Assembly: GCA_022710715.1 (NCBI GenBank)
Contig: JAKLGJ010000001.1
Location: forward strand, 362,041 to 426,040
Length of the DNA: 64,000 bases
Source of the DNA: Candidatus Omnitrophota bacterium
Lineage (GTDB): Bacteria; Omnitrophota; Gorgyraeia; Gygaellales; Profunditerraquicolaceae
Direction: 5' to 3'
In this document: in pieces, positions 61,701 through 64,000 of the stretch
Position numbering within the stretch: the first letter of the stretch is position 1
Layout of the letters: each line of letters begins with the position of its first letter
Notes under the pieces: generated by a model
The model's input: only the letters and a program-made list of their open reading frames with translations
The model's database searches: none
Told to the model about the DNA's origin: nothing
Program-made: the position numbers and the translations under genes

Positions 61701-62026
61701 GTCATTTTATTCAAAAGGTTTATAAAACACATGAATGCGGTACAGCCAATTATCATCTGCACAAAGACGAATGGGAGCGTTTAACAGCTTTAGAATCTTC
61801 TAAGCCCGAAGATTGTTTATTGCCTGCCGACATAATCGTATGGCAGGGGAAAAATAGTAAGGGTGATTATGTTGGGCATGTTGCTATTTGGACAGGATGG
61901 GGTGGGGGTGTGGCATTGCTTCATGCGAATTTGTCCTATGGCATGGTCTTACATACACCCAATTATGTTGACCAAATGTCCCAATTTACTGTTAGAAAGT
62001 ACTATCGGTATATAAAAGCAAGGTAG
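52718..62026 (+). CDS. RHS/YD-repeat polymorphic toxin (3102 aa): N-terminal unknown domain, ~6 PKD-like domains, ~20 Kelch blades, Ig/PKD domains, YD repeats, RHS core, and an NlpC/P60-like C-terminal toxin domain
   Basis: Kelch motifs (ARSEHTATLLPSGKVLVVGG...YDPAT..W). YD repeats (YTYDDRGNQLT, YQYDNAGHMIQ...). RHS core RARYMNPFNGRFLTLDSY...YAYNNAINAVDPSGQ. C-terminal DCSHF / GHVAIW / LLHAN. Confidence 0.85.
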   Translation: MTKEDRFFPRILFCTAILAVVSFIPAYIFSVSANESATSSCQHNQGTCSKEPHCPGKPSYPNPPPGCPQKKYCSLYPIALNVTVISNAKVGDRIPDILNEGGPGNLGWLSWNGNNSTAMLVRSLIPPGASLLYRNPYDERDHVVSQGDWIRGMPGDHNGSAIRIALNMLKTQHVTIPVWDTVKKQKGELLYHVSGFAKVQIIDFNLSKDKRISAIYLGKVTCGDEQNQSPVAHAGVDQQVAIGSTVTLDASASSDPDGDNLTYKWAILTKPDESSAVLVNADQANPTFIADKSGQYTVQLIVNDGKVDSQPAAVTISTINRQPVANAGENVSAQVGSEVNLDGSGSSDPDGDLLSYLWSITTKPQNSNAVLDHTDIVKPSFVADVGGQYTVQLIVNDGKLDSAPAVAVINTLNQAPIANAGADVNVFVGALIKLDGSNSNDPDGDQLTYSWSIVSQPDGSNAVLLDPATATPSLTPDKAGTYVVQLIVSDGQLDSVATIIRVITENRSPAANAGQDMSVNLGQVVILDGSASSDPDGDPLTYIWSITNKPEGSGTALANAATSAPSMTPDFIGTYDVQLIVNDGKVDSSTSVVHVTAISVNKPPEVHAGDDVTITFSVDRANLNGSASDDGLPSGGTLTVLWSEVSGPGAVTFEDATSLMTTASFSQAGTYVLRLTASDSVLSTSSDMTVTVTMAPRCLADRDIPPPSVDGSGSWGWINQASLINARSEHTATLLPSGKVLVVGSSSNGGATAELYDPATQRWTEVASMHYPRFAHTATLLPDGKVLITGGWSGSNSYASAEVYDPATNTWADAAPMNSARSWHTANLLSTGKVLVVGGNAGTAAELYDPATDSWASAGSLSLSHVGHSATTLANGDVLVMGGRPVNNATEIYHVASNSWERLSDAPVACAFYRAVLLPGGRVLVTGGYNDSQRLKAVQLFDPSVNQWTRVKDMSVERADHAIAILPDGKVMVGGGYTNTDITDTVELYDVVADQWTNETSLPLAKAYSTWTQFSDGSILSAGGYHGGALSSTEILAKGIAGWRKIASMGSPRWNHTTTALADGRVLVAGGATVWSNAPTQDALDTAEIYDPATSQWSATGLMNFKRFRFQSVLLCDGRVLAAGGYEMNGNSLAQPTAEIFDPVANVWTRVADMHYPRGHEAIALLRDGRALIVGAVLENGDEFITKTAEIYEPGLNTWILTSPMHDVREHPQVTTLKDGRVLVTGGAYVWSIPSGVDISAQSTAEIYDPLSDQWTLTAPMHRHLSGHESVLLSDGRVMVMGGMSYPEGVITSGAEIYDPVSDTWTEVAPMSQGRLGFSAELLGDGRILVTGGGSANWSLAEIYDPVTNVWHAIPSMFQGHGFLSNGGAVLNDGRVMIAGGCSGSTSGITEHVTGVLSEVEIYDPNTRNLPPAVTAGADQRIVLSNNAVLTGTVSDDGLPRGNSVAVSWSQLSGPAGVSILDQHSQVAQASFSQEGTYVFRLTATDGELTSFDEVVITVLPVASDVTPPDVSVSVSPGSTINTGDVVQIRVRATDNVGITALQLTVNGSVLALQPDPQDSAIQQASFSSEVAGVFTALAVAQDAAGNQGQASLQITVNEQTTPPQPPIVEISSPADGAHLSMTQTFVGTVFSSNLVSYTLEYSFVGEDNFITFATGTNAVNHDVLGILNTNVLMNGFYDIRLTATDASGLTVSITMRYSVQSDLKIGQFGFSQQDLVIPVNGMPLSVIRTYSSLNPNAGDFGYSWTYAIQDMNVQFNEYRSDNNVESFSQRTGGSRDISLTLPDGRRTTFTYNLQMESVFGTPNLQTIRQLAVWTPPPGVYDTLTPIVSNRLITLYSTIENTRISYWEADPQMGNMDVYDFPAFILTTKEGVKYLITREDLGSHMTDSAITVHAYGKAHLSRITDRNGNWTEIAASRIDSYNAQGVNTRSVIFQRDSQNRIISVTDPNSQSNGGPAAVTYDYDSSGNLFHVNRLVSNESGHAPVYETTTFLYLNPNYPHYITDIQDPRGLTPLRTVYDSEGRLIGTIDAQGNQIRLTHDIAGHSETVYDRLGNPTIHTYDDRGNVIATVDALGNTVECQYDDNNNLIAEIDALGHSTIYTYDDRGNQLTRRDPLGNVTTLTYDSLGNILTETDPLGYVTENTYDAHGNLLTVKDAMGNITTNTYDDNGNLATSTNALGRTTSYQYDNAGHMIQQTDALGNAATFTYDSNGNKLTQTVNRVNGSEAEAITTQYVYDSENRVVRTVYPDSTSTQTVYNNIGKQAAVIDQSGRQTAFEYDSTGNLVKTTYPDDTTQTSTYDVNGRQLSTTDAAGHVVSFHYDAVGQLIRTTYPDNTFSTTTYDPAGRTIAVTDAKGNTTTYFYDNANRQISIQFADNTAQATEYDASGRMISKTDQTGLQTRYEYDSLGRLIRVTDALENVTSYTYDQIGNQLTQTDANGHTTTFTYDAVGHRIRRTLPLGMFETYQYDSTGQMVQKTDFNGRTTTYSYDIMNRLVQKIPDPSFGAPAISFIYNSLGQRISMNDASGTTTYTYDNRNRLLTKSTPEGTLTYTYDVVGNVRSIRSSHSNGVSVDYSYDVMNRLATVADNLLPDNKVTSYSYDQVGNVQSYIYPNGVQSAYTYNNLNRLTNLTVARSSTLASYTYTLGPAGNRLSVAESAGRRVNYSYDATYKLTGESISGDNNGGNGSISYTYDPVGNRLARSSSVSAISSQGFTYDANDRLSIDGYDANGSTVSSGSDTYTYDFENRLISSTAGGGVRFVYDGDGNRVAKTSGGATIQYLVDDRNLTGYAQVMEEIAGGTVQKSYTYGLARICQNQGGTVSFYGYDGHGNVRVLTDSNGAVTDTYDYDAFGNMIQHVGDTANMFLYSGEQLDSNVGFYFLRARYMNPFNGRFLTLDSYMGDMWLPLSLHKYFYAYNNAINAVDPSGQITYLDVMSIDDLIDAPIFIKSNRVSDKSIIMKSKAKSLLSVVESRAQEWFGRPYEFGAKGDKEPDYAIDCSHFIQKVYKTHECGTANYHLHKDEWERLTALESSKPEDCLLPADIIVWQGKNSKGDYVGHVAIWTGWGGGVALLHANLSYGMVLHTPNYVDQMSQFTVRKYYRYIKAR
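61491..62023 (+). other. C-terminal toxin domain after the RHS core, NlpC/P60-like papain-fold (predicted peptidoglycan hydrolase)
   Basis: Cys-His-His arrangement in the order typical of NlpC/P60: AIDCSHFIQKVY ... GDYVGHVAIWTG ... LLHAN. Confidence 0.45.
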
Positions 62027-62220
62027 CAAATGGTGAACAAGGGAACTGGTCCGACGATTTTGTCTCGTTGACAATAGTGGCAAAAGTGCTGGATCAAGGT
62101 ACAATAGTGGACGCTCCTGAAGGTGTCACCCTTGCTGGTTCTGCCGCGTGAGGACGATCAGCTGGGGCACTCCCTCACAAAAAATGATTTACAGGTAGAG
62201 GGAAAAAGCAAAAATAGTTG

Positions 62221-62248
62221 TTGACAAATCCGGGAATGCTGGTACAAT
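62221..62248 (+). promoter_or_regulatory. sigma70-like promoter of the cold-shock gene
   Basis: TTGACA, 16-nt spacer, TACAAT. Confidence 0.5.
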
Positions 62249-62367
62249 TATCAATGTAGTAAACAAAGATTAGAAGTCGAAAGCCGAAAAGCAAAGAAGT
62301 CTAGCCTTTCGGTTTTTTTATTTTCTACTTCGTTTACTATAATCTTAGAAGAAAAGGAGGTTACACA

Positions 62368-62568
62368 ATGGTAAAAGGAAAAGTAAAGTGGTTCTCTAAC
62401 GAGAAGGGTTATGGATTTATAACTCCTGAGTCCGGTAAAGATGTATTCGTACATCATAGCGTCATTCAGGGTGAGGGATATAAAACACTCACCGAGGGAC
62501 AGGATGTTGAGATGGAAATCACCCAGGGCCCTAAAGGTGAGCAAGCTTCGAAAGTAATCAAGCTGTAA
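62368..62568 (+). CDS. cspA: cold-shock protein (CspA family)
   Basis: 66 aa with [16 protein letters not shown] (RNP1) and VFVHHS (RNP2). Strong RBS AAGGAGG. Confidence 0.9.
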   Translation: MVKGKVKWFSNEKGYGFITPESGKDVFVHHSVIQGEGYKTLTEGQDVEMEITQGPKGEQASKVIKL

Positions 62569-62591
62569 TCTGAAGTTTTCACCACGAAAAA

Positions 62592-62627
62592 TGGCTCGGC
62601 AGGAAACTGCCGGGCCATTTTTTTTTA
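62592..62627 (+). terminator. rho-independent terminator after the csp gene
   Basis: Stem ggctcggcag / ctgccgggcc with loop gaaa, followed by T9. Confidence 0.7.
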
Positions 62628-62635
62628 AGATGGGC

Positions 62636-62714
62636 AAAGGGGACACAGCAAATTGCGAAGGGGACACATCTGTCCGATTTTCTCGACGAGCCCAAAAGGG
62701 TGGACCTGTCCCCT
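62636..62714 (-). repeat. ~80-nt structured gene-end element, copy B (inverted), directly after the stop codon of the minus-strand response-regulator gene
   Basis: The reverse complement matches 52046-52125 apart from a flipped loop (aaaac/ttttg) and a few substitutions. Confidence 0.8.
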
Positions 62715-63069
62715 ATTTCAGGGCGAGTTCGACGGATTGGACCAGGGTGTCAGTGGGCACGGGTTTGGTCAGGTAATCTACGATGTTGTATTTGACCGCT
62801 TCTTTCTTGATCTCGGGGCTGGCAAAGGCGCTGACAAAGATGATCTTGACCAGCTTGTCGAAACCGCGCACTTCCCGGGCGACTTCCAGGCCGTCGATCT
62901 TGGGCATGCGGATGTCCAGCAGGATCAGGTCCGGTTTGAACGATTTGGCCTGGTCGATGGCGCTTTTGCCGTCGGAAACAGAGGAAACTTCGTAATTGCG
63001 CTTGGAAAAAATGTTCTGTAAGGAATTCTGTGCGTCTTGTTCGTCTTCGCAGATCAGTATACGCTTCAT
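62713..63069 (-). CDS. single-domain CheY-like response-regulator receiver
   Basis: MKRILICEDEQ (acidic pocket), LLDIRMP (phospho-Asp), FVSAF and YLTKP. RBS GGGAGG is present. Confidence 0.8.
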   Translation of the reverse strand: MKRILICEDEQDAQNSLQNIFSKRNYEVSSVSDGKSAIDQAKSFKPDLILLDIRMPKIDGLEVAREVRGFDKLVKIIFVSAFASPEIKKEAVKYNIVDYLTKPVPTDTLVQSVELALK

Positions 63070-63125
63070 TGGGCCTCCCGTAAAAGTTATCCACAGGCAG
63101 TCCGGGACTCCCTGTGGATAAGTGG

Positions 63126-63680
63126 TTAGAGGACCGGCGGGGAGCTGATGCACAGCGCCCGGGCTACGGTTGAGCCGGTGTTCTTCAATGTATGTCTCTG
63201 CAGGCTGGTGGAGTAGAGGCTGTCGCCTTTTTCTGCATGGCCGTCTTTTTTGAGCCGATATGTTTTGCCTTCCATGGAAACTTCCATTTCCCCGTCTAAT
63301 ACATAAATAAACCGTTCCACCTTTTTGATGGTTTCTTCCAAGTACTGGGATTCCCCGGGTTTGAGAGAGATAAAGGTGGGGAGCATTTTCTTGGCCAGCG
63401 GGATAGTAGTCAGGATTTCCAGGAATTCCAGATAGATATCCTGTTTAACATTTCCGGCGCGGAATTCCGCCGGTTCCGGCAACTCATTTTCCATGTAAGC
63501 GTAGAACTCGGATAGTTTCAGCCCGAATACTTCAGCCAGCTTGCGATGGCATTCTACGGTGCCGGTCATTTTTCCGGATTCGATCTTGCTCACAATGGCT
63601 TTGTCCACATCAGAGCGTTTAGCGAGCTCGGTAAGAGTCATGTTTCCGCGTAACAATTTCAGTTTTGAGCCGATGTCCAT
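63126..63680 (-). CDS. XRE-family HTH transcriptional regulator with a C-terminal cupin domain
   Basis: LKLLRGNMTLTELAKRSDVDKAIVSKIE HTH, then a cupin-like C-terminal half. GGAG RBS lies before the ATG at 63680; an alternative start is at 63692. Confidence 0.7.
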   Translation of the reverse strand: MDIGSKLKLLRGNMTLTELAKRSDVDKAIVSKIESGKMTGTVECHRKLAEVFGLKLSEFYAYMENELPEPAEFRAGNVKQDIYLEFLEILTTIPLAKKMLPTFISLKPGESQYLEETIKKVERFIYVLDGEMEVSMEGKTYRLKKDGHAEKGDSLYSTSLQRHTLKNTGSTVARALCISSPPVL

Positions 63681-63950
63681 AACTTTCTCCATTCTCTGTT
63701 GGTGCCTGCGCCCGGTTTTATGTGAGTTGGCGCGGGTCTTTCGCTAACAGCAAGAAAAGCAGATAGTTATAACAGACATAAGAAATATAGCATAAACTGT
63801 GCAATTTGTCAATAAAAAATTGAAGAAAAATCACTTTATTTGAATGGGCAAGTAAAATATTTTTTGATTAAAAAGGCGTATTATTCATAACATATTGATA
63901 TTAAATAACTTGATATGTTGAAAATAGCGGGAATAAAATTCAACAAAGTG

Positions 63951-63979
63951 TTGACAAGCGGGGATTTATATGTTATATT
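63951..63979 (+). promoter_or_regulatory. sigma70-like promoter facing out of the window
   Basis: TTGACA, 17-nt spacer ending ttatatgt, then TATATT. Same architecture as the beta-helix gene promoters. Confidence 0.4.
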
Positions 63980-64000
63980 TTATGTGTAGCAACAAGAATG

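Noticed and set aside
62251-62667. 138-aa minus-strand ORF overlapping the csp gene
   Set aside because: It is antisense to a highly conserved cold-shock protein gene and spans that gene's promoter and terminator. No start context is present.
1-64000. Searched for tRNA/rRNA genes, transposase/integrase genes, phage genes and CRISPR arrays
   Set aside because: No ORF shows transposase or integrase motifs, and no cloverleaf-like tRNA or rRNA-like segments were recognised by eye. Mobile-element-like signal is limited to the small repeat families described.

Overview
This 64-kb window looks like an uncultured-bacterium contig, all genes of the polysaccharide block on the + strand. From 186 to about 40.2 kb it is a large exopolysaccharide/glycosylation locus of the exosortase (PEP-CTERM) type. 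The locus encodes a Wza-like exporter, a chain-length determinant, an ExeA-like AAA ATPase and a BY tyrosine kinase, plus precursor-sugar genes (glmM, a stand-alone GlmU acetyltransferase domain, a UDP-sugar dehydrogenase and epimerase, wecB). It also encodes a small lipoprotein ending in a textbook PEP-CTERM sorting signal, and an accessory set of acyl carrier protein, acyl-CoA ligase, two alpha/beta-hydrolase-fold proteins, two asparagine-synthase paralogs and PP-loop amidotransferases. The rest of the locus is about 12 glycosyltransferases, two methyltransferases, a CE4 deacetylase, an acyltransferase_3 protein, a Wzx-like flippase and a Wzy/O-antigen-ligase-like polymerase. No exosortase gene is present in the window. 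Downstream are two tandem paralogous secreted parallel-beta-helix proteins (601 aa and 3221 aa). They share an identical promoter and 5' region and end in the same uncharacterised ~77-aa C-terminal module that starts with a poly-Gly run followed by Cys. The giant one also carries He_PIG/FN3 domains, 17 tandem ~90-aa cadherin-like repeats and a BNR propeller. Next is a 3102-aa RHS/YD-repeat polymorphic toxin with PKD and Kelch domains and an NlpC/P60-like C-terminal domain. A cold-shock protein gene, a CheY-like receiver and an XRE-cupin regulator follow. Structure not explained by genes includes a 36-bp palindromic repeat inserted in-frame in the epimerase gene. There is also an ~80-nt structured element abutting two stop codons as an inverted pair around the RHS-csp segment. 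Base composition is strongly mosaic: about 55% GC, then about 36%, then about 58%. No tRNA, rRNA, CRISPR, transposase or phage genes were seen. All functional calls rest on motif recognition by eye and need HMM or BLAST confirmation.
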